This document shows, piece after piece, positions 35,389 to 51,463 of a stretch of DNA of 64,000 bases (position 1 is its first letter; each line of letters starts with the position of its first letter). Source of the DNA: Daphnia carinata (Eukaryota); NCBI RefSeq assembly GCF_022539665.2, contig NC_081333.1, forward strand, positions 2,976,001 through 3,040,000, written 5' to 3'. The notes under the pieces were generated by a model. That model was not told where the DNA came from. It ran no database searches and saw only the letters and a list, made by a program, of their open reading frames with translations. The translations under genes and the position numbers were made by a program.

Positions 35389-38300
35389 TCACAAAAGGCA
35401 ATTCCAATTTGGCTGGAAATCTACAGGCAACGACGTTTGCTTTCGAAACATATCTCGAAAAAGCTGAACAGAGAGCATCCTTGATTCCATTTGTTTGGCC
35501 TGCTGGAAGCCGCGACTAATAATAGTTCGCTCCAGACCAGCCAAACGAGCAGCGTGAAATCCATACGATTTGGGACAAGCTCCATCCACAAACTGGTAGA
35601 GGAAAATAATATTTTCCTGGCTAGGATCGTCCACTTCTTCGTCATTTTCCACCATACACGCCATGTGCCCTAGACGAACTTGGGGATGAGAAGAAAGGTC
35701 GTGAACTAAGCTGTGATAATGCGTGGAAAACAAGGTACGGCATTGACGACGCGCCAAGTAATCTACAACTGAGTAGGCAATAGCTGTTCCATCAAAGGTA
35801 GCAGTGCCTCGACCCAGTTCATCGAGCAAAACTAGTGAATGAAGTGTGGCATGTTTGAGAATCGCGGCTGTTTCACTCAGTTCGACGAAGAAGGTGCTTT
35901 CACCACCCAAGATATGGTCATTGGCACCCAATCGCGTAAAGAGCCGATCCACTGGAGTTAGCTCAAATTCTTCAGCGGGTACGAAAGATCCCATCTGGGC
36001 TAGAATGACACAGAGTCCAACTTGCCGCATCAAAGTCGATTTGCCGCCCATATTTGGACCTGTTACCAAAGTAAGGGAGTGATCTGCCTCGACAAGATGG
36101 TCGGTTTCACATGGAAGAGAAGATCCGATGCTGACATCATTCGGAATGAACTCGTTGTTAGCAAATAGCTGTGAATGAGCAGGATGCCGTCCTTGTACTA
36201 GCCGTAGAAATGGGCGTTGGTGGCTTCCAGGAGAAGCAATTCGAGGACGACAAACTTTCTGGTCAGCTGCAAAAGCGGTGAGAGCCAGTAGTACATCTAG
36301 TACGGCAAGACATTTAATGGCATTCTCCCACAAAACATGGTGACTATCAAACTGTTCGAAAATACGGCGGCTTATATCCTTAAGCGCCGCATTTCGCTGT
36401 TCTTCAGCTGCCAGCATTTGTTGAATTAAACCACGAGATTCCGCGGTGTAATAGCGCTTGAATCCTTTCCGTTGGCCTTGTAGCTCATAACTTGCACCTG
36501 CACGACCAGCGGCTGCCTCGCTGACTTCCAATTGAAACCGCTTTTTATCAGCGCCAACGAAAGTCACTTTTCCACCAAAGTGGCGCTTTTGATCTTGTAG
36601 GTATTTCTCAGCTTCAGCCTGGACTTCAGCAATCCTCTCCAAAGCTTGGTCATATTGCTTGTCGACACCTGGTCGAGGAATCATAGTTCCTTCCTTGGCT
36701 GCCTGTTGGTGATCAAAGGCGAGGCGAAAGAACTCCAGTTCTTTGTCCATATCCGGAAACTCCCCATCTTGGCTTTTTAGTTTGACCGATTGTCTCAATA
36801 GCTTGGAAGTAATGGTGGACTCGCGGAAATATTCTTCAATTTTCTGTGCTGACCGAAAGCCTTCCAATGTGAGCAAAAAGTCAGAAATCTTTTTCTTGCT
36901 GTAGATGTGACCATCGAAGAAAACGGCCCTACTATCGGGATGGTTCTTCGCTTTCAACGAACTGCCTTGACTATGTATCTTGTTAACCAATCGCTCGAGA
37001 TCGGGAAGGGATTTGAGTATTTTTCCCACTTCTTCAACAACAGATGCATCGTTTAAGAGATACTCTACTGCATCTAAACGGTCGTCAATGGCTTCCTGTT
37101 GACATAAGGGTGCACACAACCAATGACGTAGCATACGCTGACCAAAAGCCGTATTGCAGCGGTTAAGTCGTTCTAGCAGTGATCCCGTTGCTGTGCCCGT
37201 GGAAGAGTTCACAAGGACATCTAAATTGCGTAGTGTCATCCCATCCAAAACCATGTGGGAACCAATCAGAGCATCTTCTTGGGGTTCTTGATCAATAGGA
37301 CGGTAGATTTGAAAAGAACGGCGTGATAAAAGTTCTTGGTCAAGTTTACATTCCTTTAGATACCAACAAAGGGCACCTAAAGCTCGAATGGCTAGTTCGG
37401 ATTCTTCCTTGGCTGCCAAACCGAGTGTGCTCGTCTCATCTAGGAGAGGCTTAATGCCTTCTGGCCAGTTTAGATCCTCATTCACTTTAAAGCAATCACT
37501 TTCGGCTAAAGAGCGCAGAGTTTTCATTGGGTCCCAGCAATCGGCATTCGAACTCACCACCTCATGGAGTGCGGCAGGACAGGCAGCATTCCACACTTGG
37601 CTTGTATCTGTTGAGATTCCGCGTTTTGCAGAAATGATTTCTACTGGATTGTAACGGGTAAGGAGTGTGGATAGACGTGAGCGATAGCGATCATCTTCGA
37701 ATTGGCCCAAGTGAAAATTCCCAATGGATGTATCAACAAATGCTACACCAAATTCAACTTTTCCGCCAGCACCCTCTGGTCCACTCTTCTCCCAGACAGT
37801 CATCAAAAAATGGTGCTCAACCTACAATTTAAAATATCCCGTAAAACGGTTTGTTGAAATAAGGTACATCATGTAAAGATACACCTGCCAATTATCTCCC
37901 TCAATCGCGTTGTAGGTCCGAGTTCCGCGGGAAGTAATCTGACATAACTCGCGCTCCACGACGCGATCAAATTTGGTGGGGCGAGACATGCGTTTACAAC
38001 GCTCGATCATCATTTCCGGTGTTTCTGTCTGTTCGACTCGGGCCACCTTATATCCTTTTTCGATCAACTGAGAAGAGTATTTCGCAAAGCCTCGCTCGGG
38101 AAAACCGCAGTGTGCGTGATCGCCTTTCATCAAGATGATCCCCAGTTCCTTGACAGCAATCAGCGCGTCAGTATGGTATAGCTCATAAAATTTGCCCATT
38201 TTGAAAAATAGTATGACATCGAAGTTGTTGATTTTCATCTCCCACCACTGGCGCTGTTAATATAAACAATCATGAATGAAAGCTGAAAAGATAAATAGCT

Positions 38301-39433
38301 ACTAATTACGCGCAAGAAAATTACCATAGCTGGGGTGAGGCTTTGCTTGAACGAATCAGGTACATAGATAGTCCTCGGATCGTATTCGGGATCGTCAGGA
38401 CGGCGCCGTTGTGCATCACGAATTTTCTCTGGCTTAAGGAAATCGTACGACAAGTGGGAAAAACGTCTATCTTCACTTTGGCTATCGCAAATTGCACCAT
38501 CGGCATCTCTGCAACTAAAGTCAGACAACTTCTTTTTGGTACTATTACTGATGGCGGAAGGGGAATCACAAGCAAATGATTTTAGAGTAGACGGAGTACT
38601 TAAAACGCTTTTCGAATTCATAGCTGGTAATTTACGTTTCCTTTTCACGGGAGTCTCTTCCTCTTCTTCTGGACTTGCTTCTTCTTGCTCTTCTTCAATG
38701 AGGCTCTCCTCATCTTCTGATTCACTACTAGCAAGTTTTACTGGCTTATATTCTTCGTCTGAAACGTCATCATCGCTATCAACTTGCGCCAGTATACGCC
38801 TTCTTTTAGGTTTTGGACCTTCAGGTTTTTTAGATGATTTGCTTGATGTTTTGGGTGTAGATCCTTCACTTATACTATTCTCTTCATCAGATGGGAGCAA
38901 TTCAACTACTAGACTGTGCCTTTCTTCTAGTGGAATCTCTAACGCTTTATCAGCTTCTTTGCAGGCTTCATGCCAACTACTGTCTTGAGGTTTTCCAACA
39001 CCGAGTAATTCATAGCTTTGGCTACCTGTGTACGGTCTTGCAAATTTCATATGAATCCATGATCTTGTAGGGGGATTGTCAAAGAACTGAACATGAACTT
39101 CCCATTTTCCTTTTCAACTTTCTTAACAGGATGTAGACAAACAAGACTGGGCCACCAAGGAAAGCCATCAAGTTTCGACCAGACAAGACTGCCAAGTTCG
39201 TAGCCTTCTTTTTGAGGCAGAAGGGTTTTGGATATTCCTTGTTTAACCTTCAATTTTGGTGTATCATTATTAGAAGGAGTTAAAGCTGTACGGCGAGGTG
39301 TTGTATTTGCTGAAGGACTTGATAAGGACGGGGAAGACGCCAGAGCAGAGGAGCTCCGTGAAGGTGTTGTACTTCCAGTGGGGGACTTCACAAAGTAGTT
39401 AAATAAAGTATTCTTTTGTGAAGATTTGGACAT
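35389..39433 (-). CDS. MSH6: DNA mismatch repair protein MSH6 (PIP-like motif, PWWP, MutS I-V); frameshift in exon 1 as assembled
   Basis: NTLFNYF PIP-like motif, [27 protein letters not shown] (Phe-X-Glu), [32 protein letters not shown] and [11 protein letters not shown]. Short introns near 38275-38324 and 37823-37885. Confidence 0.93.
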
Positions 39434-40011
39434 TTTTTAGTTCCTGCAGTTTCAGGAACTGTAATGTCTTCCAAATAGATACAATATATTTTTTATTAAA
39501 TTAGATCATAAAACCTTACTCGTGGAATAGAAAGAGGCAAGAGTTACTCTGTTGGCCATGAAACGGGACGTATTCGCGCCATAATAACAATTACCAGGGA
39601 TTAAAGGTTGCCGCCTAGTGCATTTAACCTGCTACTTCTCTCTAAACTACCAAGTACAAACAACTAGCAATATCAATAAATAAAACCTTAGATAAATTTT
39701 AAGGTTTTTTGCTTTCAACAAAAATTTAATTCCCAATGATAAAAAAAATTCTAAGGCACAATTGAACTTGGAGGACATGTATTTATTGATATTTACGATA
39801 GTAGAACATACCTTTGGTTCAGCAACTTGCCAGCTTCTGCTCCTTCAAAAACTGAAATATAAATTTGATTTCCATTTTGGATTTTGACACACGTGACGGA
39901 AATTTCGGTGTTGGCGCAACTGGCAACGTTCAGGATTCCCCCATCCCCCATTTCAAAGAATCCCCAGTAGAATTATATCAATTTGTTGTTTTATCAAATT
40001 TGTTAGGAAAT

Positions 40012-41913
40012 ATGGAACAGAACACCGATGTGGAGAAGGCCGATACCCTTAAAGAAGAAGGAAATGAATTTTTTAAAAGTAATCTTTAAAGTTTATGAAT
40101 ACTGTGAGTAATTATGAATAACTTTTTGGCATTTTAGAACAAAACTACGTTAAAGCCATAACGCTCTACACTAATGCCATAGAGTGCAATCCTACCTCAG
40201 CTGTTCTGTATGCCAACAGAAGTTTTGCCTATTTAAGGACAGAATGCTTCGGTTATGCCTTAGAAGATGCATCAAAAGCCATCAGCTTGGATAAAACATA
40301 TGTTAAAGGCTACTATAGAAGAGGTATTGTAGCTACACTTCGTTGTGAAATAGTTTTATATGATGTTGAACTTCATTTTCTTTGAACAATTTGTAGCTGC
40401 ATCATACATGGCTTTGGGGAAAACCAAATTGGCCCTAAAAGATTATGATACTGTTTTCAAAGCCAGACCAAATGATAAGGATGCAAAATTGAAGTTTAAC
40501 GAGTGCAACAAAATTGTCAAGCAGCAGGCATTTGAGAGGGCAATCGCTGTTGATACTGTAAAGAAATCAGTGTCGGAATCTATCAATACTGATTCCATGA
40601 CTGTTGAAAGTACTTACACTGGTCCTCATTTGGTAAATGGAAAAGTCACATTGGAATTCATGCAAGAACTCATGGAAGCATACAAAGATCAAAAGAAACT
40701 CCACAGAAAATATGCCTTCCAAGTATCAGAAAATGATGTCTACCATGTGCACATAAAAATGACTTTTTTTTTCTCAGATACTATTAGATGTAGCAGAGTT
40801 GTTCAAAGCTCAGCCATCGCTTATTGATGTAACCATACCTGAGGACAGCAAGTTCACAGTGTGTGGGGACATTCATGGGCAATTTTATGATCTCATGAAC
40901 ATATTCAAGCTCAATGGGGCCCCGTCAACGGAAAACCCATTCGTGAGTTTTTGTCCCAGTTTCCAGATTATCAGTGATGCATTGCTAATTATTTAAATTG
41001 CACAGCTTTTTAATGGCGACTTCGTTGATCGAGGTTCCTTCTCGGTAGAGTGCATCTTTACGTTGTTTGGATTTAAATTACTCTATCCTAATCACTTTTT
41101 CATGGCGCGCGGTAACCACGAAAGTCAAACCATGAACCAAATGTATGGATTTGAAGGCGAAGTCAAGTCAAAATATTCGTCGCAAATGGCTGAACTTTTC
41201 ACGGAAGTTTACAATTGGCTTCCGTTGTGTCATTGCCTCAATCAGCGAGTTCTGGTAGGTTTCACTTTCGTTACTTCTTGTTTTAAAACGTGAAGCTTGA
41301 ATAAAGATACGTTTACCTCAGGTGATGCATGGCGGGCTTTTTTCCCGGGATGGTATAACCTTGGAAGACATCCGTACAACGGATCGTAATCGTCAGCCAC
41401 CGGAAGAAGGGATCATGTGCGAACTGCTATGGTCTGATCCTCAGCCGATGAAAGGGCGTTCTCCTTCTAAACGAGGTAAGTTAGAATTTGATTAGGTAAT
41501 AGTAAAAGTACATGGGAAACAAGACGAAAAACTTACATTGCTATTACAGGTGTGGGAATCCAGTTCGGTCCAGACGTCACAGCACGATTTTTGGAGCACA
41601 ATCACCTTGATTACATAATTCGCAGTCACGAAGTCAAAGCGGATGGCTACGAAGAAGCCCACGACGGAAAATGCATCACCGTTTTCTCCGCCCCCAACTA
41701 TTGGTGATTACCTTTTGTTTAAATCAGTCGTATTGTATGTTGACTAACTTTTCACTATTATTTCGTCATAGTGATACCATGGGCAACAAAGGGGCATTCA
41801 TTACCATGAATGGCAAGGATATGAAGCCTCACTTCACCACTTATGAGGCCGTCCCTCATCCGGATGTCAAACCGATGGCCTATGCCAATTCAATGATGAG
41901 TCTGTTCGGTTAA
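40012..41913 (+). CDS. PPP5C: Serine/threonine protein phosphatase 5 (TPR + PPP domain), multi-exon
   Basis: TPR start [14 protein letters not shown] and [12 protein letters not shown] motifs GDIHGQ, GDFVDRG, RGNHE, HGGLF, IRSHE, FSAPNY; C-terminus [15 protein letters not shown]. Confidence 0.96.
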
Positions 41914-42264
41914 TTCCTGATCTTCCAGACCTTTTGAAGGGGAGAGATTTAGGTGCACTATTATGTACAATCCACAAGCAACAGATTAAACGAAAGAAAA
42001 AAACAAACAAAAAAAAACTTACCTCTTCCTCCGCTTTATTTTGAAAAAGGATTCTTGTGAATCGTGAAGTTTGCTCTTCTATCCTCAGAGAGCTGCATGA
42101 AAACCTGATTTTACTGTTGGATTTTATTGAACCGGACCCGCAACCGTTCGTCTCTTGCGGATTCACAAATAGTTACGATATATTACAATGACCCCAATGG
42201 TTTTAGTTGTTTTCAAAATCAAAAGGAAAAGAAAGAAAAAGATGTTACACAATTTCTTTCGTAC

Positions 42265-45082
<2,818 letters not shown>

Positions 45083-45749
45083 TCTTCAAATAAGAAGTTT
45101 ATGAAGAATGCCTGTAAATTACTATAACATTCCAAACAATCTTCTCTGTGCTCTGGTTTGATTAACACTAAGAATAATCAATCACTTTGGCAAACAAACG
45201 TAAATGAGAAACTTCTCTCACTTTCGGTTGTGTATTCACCTCTGGTGACGTCTAGTTGTCTGCTTTTTTCGGCTACTCGTTAACCAATCAAATTCGTCCA
45301 AGTATATGTGGCGGGCATACAGAACACATTCAACACGCAGATCTTGAATCATCATAGTCGGTAGTTTGCATAAGCAAATACAGATAAAATTCTTAATTGT
45401 TCCCAACAATAATTCAAAATATTATGGCCTTAAGTTAAATTATCAATTCTTTCAAAACCTAAAACTGCATTAAAGCGTGAGTTGCCAATGCAAATACCAA
45501 CGAAATACCTTTACTGTAATAACTGATTACAGAGCGTACCTTATACGATTTCATAAACCTTATCTTAAAACTTTTTGTTCGCAATTATTACTTAAAACTG
45601 CCGGCTAGTGTTCTAATTTATTGGTCTCTCATGTAGGAGTCAAAATACAAACAGGCTCTCCCCAAAGCGTTACTAGGATGCACTACATGAAGCAGGTTTA
45701 AAGAAGCAACAAAGCAATCATACTTTTAAATCATAACATATAAAATATA

Positions 45750-46439
45750 TCAGCATTCTTTTATTTTGACCGACTTGATCTTGACATCTCCTTTGATTTT
45801 GATTATGTCTGCATTGCCGAGTGAAACACGATGATTGAAATCGAAATGATGGGCGTCGTTAAGCTCGACCTATTAACATATCCAAACAATTTTATTGTTG
45901 CGCAATCCTCAAACGCTGCGTGAGCAATATCTGTTTTATCTTATTACACTAAAACGATCCTCCAAAACTTTGATCTGAAGCTTAAAAGGTTCTCCTCTTT
46001 CAAGCGGATTATCGGCACGCTCTTCTGCACCCCAATTACCAGAAGGGAAATTGGTGTTGCGAACCACAGTTCGTTTGTAAGGTTCTTCCTCGTTGAAACG
46101 GAAGTCCAAATGAAAAATGCATTGTTCACTTGAATTTTCGATAAAGTTGATAGAAAATCTATTTTAAAGATGATTGTTAATTCACAGAAAACAATAAACA
46201 GGAGTAAAAGTGTTTTAATTTGAAAAATTCGAAAGTTAATACCGCACGGCGTTTTCTAGAGGCTCGCCCTTGACTTCAACTTTATCTCCAACCTCAAGCT
46301 TCCCATCAGTAATAGTATGCACAACTGGTACTTCCTTGAAAAGTATTATCGTTTGGAAGTAAAAAAAACACATGATCTTAGCAAAATATTTTAAAAATTT
46401 CTTAATTACCGGGTGCTTCAAAGATATTGTTTTGGACAT
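45750..46439 (-). CDS. Galectin (single CRD), four coding exons
   Basis: Spliced MSKTISLKHP|EVPVVHTI...KGEPLENAV|RFSINF...CIFHLDFRF...VVRNTNFPSGNWGAEER...PFKLQI|VELNDAHHFDFNHRV...IKGDVKIKSVKIKEC*, which shows the galectin signature residues. Confidence 0.85.
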
Positions 46440-47111
46440 CGTGTTGAATAGACGATCTATAGTATATGAACAATGAACGTTGTTAATGCTGTCGAAATAC
46501 TTAAGAAATGAAGTTAAAGCAGCACCCAAGGTTATGATTTGAACACAAAAATGTGTGGGTCTGTTTGCAACAGAATGGAAGTAATGTTATCGTTATCTGG
46601 CCGGAAGAGATAGCGTTGGCAACATCCGAAAGAAATGTCACCAGCTTAGCTTAGCGTTGATTACGAACACTAGCTCCATTTAGTTGTATAGCTAAAGCGT
46701 AATATTTACCAATGAAAACGAAAACTGGAACGACAGCTGGTGTGAACGTCCAGATGAATCAGTGAATCAGAAAGCAACCTTTCCACTCAAAAAGCAGACG
46801 AAAACTGTATGAATCAGACTCGTTTTAACCGCTGCGAGTCGTGGTTGTTCTGCGAAAGGATATGAACTAAGGTATGGAAAACCGATTATGCCGCCCACCT
46901 GGCGGTGTGACGAAGACGACCTTGGATGACGTAAGTTTCGCAGAATTTGAGGCTAGCAGACATGCATCCATCTTGAAAATGCATGGGATACAATCAAGTA
47001 CGTTTTGCCTCGTATCAGCTAAGCTTAGTAGGATTGTAGTGCAGGAATTTAGATTATTTATGACCTATTTCTATTGAAAATTTTAGTTCAACAATGAAAG
47101 TAACATCAGCA

Positions 47112-47744
47112 CTAATTAATTTGAACACTCTGAATATATACGTCGCCTTCAACCATCAATGTATCGGCCTTGTTCATGTCGAAACGAAATACAAATTCGC
47201 TATGGTACTGGAAATCAACAATGATCTAGCAAATGTTAAAAGAAATGTGAGTTGAAGATCGAGTCGTTAGTAAACTTACGGTTTCATACCACAAAACGAT
47301 CCATCGAGCATTTGACCTCGATGTTGAATTTCCTTCCCATCAAGAGTGGTAGAGGGTGACGTTCCTCTTGGCCCCAGCATCCCACTGGGAAATTTGAATT
47401 AAGGACTGTCTCGTTTTGGTCAAAACGAAATTCTAACTGAAAAAGCCGTGTCCCGGAACTTGTTTCGACGAAACTGATAGAGAACCTACAGACATTAAGG
47501 TAAAAATGTTTTCATTATACACATCTTCCTTTATTAAAATGATGCAATTTGCACAGGTAAATTGAGGACCTTTGAGCTCCGTAGAATGCGTCACCAACGA
47601 AAACAAAATCACGACCAGGAACAGACTGCTTCTCTGATAAACTAACAGTGAATGGAATGGTCTGTTGCAATAGATAACCAGTTACGTCATAAGAACGAGA
47701 CAGTTTAATCAAGTTTTTACCGGATTATTCCACATTAGTGTCAT
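47112..47744 (-). CDS. Galectin-like protein (single divergent CRD), tandem paralogue
   Basis: Spliced MTLMWNNP|TIPFTVSL...GDAFYGAQ|RFSISF...LFQLEFRFDQNETVLNSNFPVGCWGQEER...FNIEV|IIVDFQYHSEFVFRF...VEGDVYIQSVQIN*, with the same intron positions as the neighbouring galectin. Confidence 0.8.
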
Positions 47745-48030
47745 TTTTTTTCTCCTTGCAATTCAATTGAATTTGTAGAAACACCGAGAACAAGCACGTA
47801 ACACCAGAATAAAATGAACAATATGGCGATTACTTCAACAAATTTTACACTTCACATCCAGGAAATTCAAACACTAGAAAATATGCCTCGGGTTTTACCC
47901 ATGAATGGGGCTGTGATTTGAAAATGCAACATAACTGGATTGTTCACGGATGTGGGAATGAAACGGAAATGAAATGCTTGTGTGCTAGAGAAACCCTAAT
48001 AACTAAGGAACTCAAGAACATTTCAGTAAA

Positions 48031-48101
48031 GAAGCTATGGCTCGGGAGTAGAGTGATCGCTTTTCACGCAGAAATCTTGTGTTCAAGGCCTATGAGGACC
48101 A
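48031..48101 (+). pseudogene. Possible highly degenerate tRNA relic
   Basis: tggctcgggagtagagtg...gttcaaggcc shows A-box and B-box-like spacing, but the stems are poorly conserved. Confidence 0.3.
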
Positions 48102-48311
48102 AATATGTATTCCGTCTGATTATCAATGATTACAAGATGGATCCAATTACTGAGGCGATGACATTTTTCTTTTTGTCAGAAAGTTATTTCAACATTTTGA
48201 AATCTGAGATTTCATTCCTTCAGACATGTCCGAATGCCAGTAATATGGAAAATTAAAAGACGAAGACCGGAAATGTTACATTCCGATACGATCGGTTGAT
48301 ATATAATTCCA

Positions 48312-48383
48312 TGGAGGAGTGGAGGATTGAACTCCAGACTTCTCGCATGCGAAGCGAGCACTCTACCACTGAGTTACACCCCC
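48312..48383 (-). tRNA. tRNA-Ala(CGC)
   Basis: GGGGGTGTAACTCAGTGGTAGAGTGCTCGCTTCGCATGCGAGAAGTCTGGAGTTCAATCCTCCACTCCTCCA: 72 nt cloverleaf, G3:U70 Ala determinant, anticodon CGC, one U6:U67 mismatch. Confidence 0.9.
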
Positions 48384-48452
48384 TATATTCATTATAAAAA
48401 TGTATTTGCAAATAATGCAAGTCCACAAATTTAACTAGCAACGAAAAATTAT

Positions 48453-49451
48453 TTAAGCACGAGAAATATGGGGCTTTAGCAACGTTAACGCCTCATCCAA
48501 TTTCATTCGTTCATGTGGTTCTCTTTTGATCATGTTTTCGATGATGGCCACAGCAAAATGTTGTTCTCCTAAAGCTGCAAATACAAACGAAACCATTTAT
48601 CTCTGCAAACTCATTTACGAAAGTAAGAAGGAACTTACAAGCCAAGTTGTATTTCCCTTCGATGATGTTGAGAGCGACAAAATGCCGCGATCCTCCACTG
48701 AGGAAAGGATGATCTCCTTTAGTTAGAAAACTGTACAACAGACACCCGAGCGAGAACGTATCGCTGGCTACATTATGTCTGGCATCACTTTTCTCTACAC
48801 TGGAATCCTCATCATCACTTTGAAGGATTTCAGGTGCTTGCATTTCCAGCGACGTCTTCTGACTACTACTCATGGAGAAACTAGCGCTAGCGGATATGGG
48901 CATTGTCAATCCGAAATCTGATATTTTAATTTGAATCGACAGTGAAATGAGAGCGTTTTCTGGCTTGATACTACGATGAATGAATCCCTGTGAATGGATA
49001 TAATGTAATCCGCTGATCATCTGGAAAAGGCCATCCGCTTGGCTAGGCACTTCTCCCTTGTACGTGTTGCAGCAGTAATCAAAAACACTTGCAATGCACA
49101 AGTCCATGACGTGATACCTTTGGAATACGAATAACAACAATTAATATGACGTATGCAATATTTAAGAAATGAATGTTCTTTTTCTTACCGAAAGTTGTCG
49201 TCATCGTAGATACCTATCATTTTTACAACGTTTGGATGATCTAATGCTGCTAGTTTGTTGAAACACTCGTCAAGTGTTCTCTTTTCCCAGTAAGAATGCA
49301 AATCTGAAGTCATCACTCGCTTTATGGCCACTTGAATACTGCCTCCAAACGTACCCCCAAAAATGATGGCTTTTCTGCTTCGACCAATCACATTCTTACG
49401 ATCTAATTCAACCTCTGAAACGGTAATGTTTCGTCTGGCTGCGTTAGTCAT
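48453..49451 (-). CDS. IRE1-like kinase-domain-only protein, probable pseudokinase (three exons)
   Basis: VAIKR, LDHPNVV, MDLC..SV.DY, GLHYIHS, IHRSIKPENALI, ISDFGL, APEIL, SDTFSLGC..Y..TKGDHPF. The last exon reads SLGEQHFAVAIIENMIKREPHERMKLDEALTLLKPHISRA*. Confidence 0.8.
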
Positions 49452-51463
49452 GACGTATTATTTTTTAGTTTTACTTAGTCAGTTACGCTTATTTAAAAAA
49501 AATCTTTAGAAGGGAGGAGTCGGCACGAAAGCCTGAAATGTCTGTGCCATGAACGTACCTTGCTGGAACTGAACAAGCCATCAATGGTCCTGTCTATTAT
49601 ACGTCCAACGTTATTCTTATCTTCACGAAGCAGCATTTCGTCATGTGAATCCATACACTAAAAATGTGAGAAATTACAAAAAATTTCATTCATCTGTCTT
49701 AGGATATTCTTACGGAAGTGTCGAGAAAACTATAGATTAGCGATTGTCTTAATTGTTTTCTGTTTGTTTTCCACACAACCAGATATTGAAATTCTCAGAA
49801 GAATTCCAAGACGTCTCCACAATGACGCCATACAAATAAACATTACATTATAGCATTGAAATATGTGATTTATCTTAAGGAATTGAGTCATTTTGGACTT
49901 TGGAATCAATTTTCACGTTAGGCAACAAAATGAACGAAATGGCCAAAGAATAATCTAGAAACATTGTTACAATAAAGAGGAATAAGAAAAAAAGTGACTT
50001 GCCCAGTAAGTTCCGCTGTTGCAAAGACAGGTACGTCACGTTCATTATGAATACTTTTACATCATGCTTGAAGTATTTCATTTCCTATTCGTTCCTGCAA
50101 TTTTAAGAATCCACCGAAAGCGGAAGCGAATACGACATTCCTACCTGGCTAAATTCAGTATAAGTTTCTCTTTTGATGCTAAGAGCAATCTGCCCAATTA
50201 TCACACGAAGCTCTCAACATAATCTACACATCAAACTGAAATATTGCAAAGAAAATTAAAAGGGACTTACTCCAGATGTTGGAAATGGAATTTTAACCAT
50301 ATTGTGTGAAATCCGTTGTGGCACCTGAAACTTCTGGAATTCAAGATAAATTCATTTCTTTTGCACACAACTAGGTGGTTCTCGAACTCAACTCCGAAGC
50401 CATCTCGAAAGTCTTCCTACCACTTTGTTCAATCTGTAATGGAAAACGTGACACCGGATTTTTCAGCCATACACATTAATAATATGATAATGACAACAGT
50501 ATATCGAAGATTGAAAGAGCAGGTCGATAGAAAACGAAGATGTAGAGCGACCACAGGGAAAGATAGGCTGATAAAAAATGATTCAACATAACAAACAAAG
50601 AAGTCAATGAGAAAGGTGAAAGTGAGGACCCGCGATAAGAATAAAGTGTTGGGCAGGAAGACAAATAGAAACGGCACACGGAGGTGAATAACTATGTCCG
50701 CAGGAAGGAAAATACGACGAAAAAGAAACGTGAGCCGCAATTTGAATTGGCAAGAAACAAAAGGCAGATAACACACTTATAAACACTTAAACCCCACCCA
50801 TCCTTCCCATTTCCACCACAATAATTGACAGGATAATAAATACGGACAAATTTTTATTAATTAATCAGGAAATTCATGTTGACTAGAATTTGTTGAAAGT
50901 TAAATGTATCGGTGAAAATCTAATACTTGCGTGGCCATCACATCAGCCGATCGTGGGTACCTAAAAGTGTGTGTGTAGTAAGGAACAAGAATTGTGACTA
51001 GGGCCAAAAAGGACAAACCAAACACAAGGAGATAAAAAAAATTTCGACGACATGTAAAGAGATATTTTCACAGTTAACACAGATGGCGTGGAAAACGAAT
51101 AAAATGAAACATTCCCAATCTCGAACATTCAACTCCGGATGTCCCCGCTTCACATCGACGAGGAAGTTTAAAGAGATACACAACATGAAGCCGAGGCTAA
51201 CGGGCGCACACCAAAATGAAATGAAATGCGGGTGGTCTTTCCATCGCTTTGAACTTACTTTTTTTGTTCCGAAAATGTGGGTAATAAATACGAACAGATC
51301 AAGAAGAAGCCGGCTCGACAAACTGGGAACTTCCTTTTTTTTTTTGTTGTCCTATGCAAATTTGTCCATCTGTTGGGCCCCCTTTTTTTTTCTTCTTCCG
51401 GATGTGAGATAAGCGGGTGTTTACTTTGGTTGATTTCCCCCTCTTTGTTGTGTTTACTTTCTT

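Noticed and set aside
47478..47572. Imperfect direct repeat at the galectin intron ends (aggtcctcaat / aggttctctat)
   Set aside because: The paralogue has an intron at the same position, so it is old, and the match largely reflects the AG|GT consensus.
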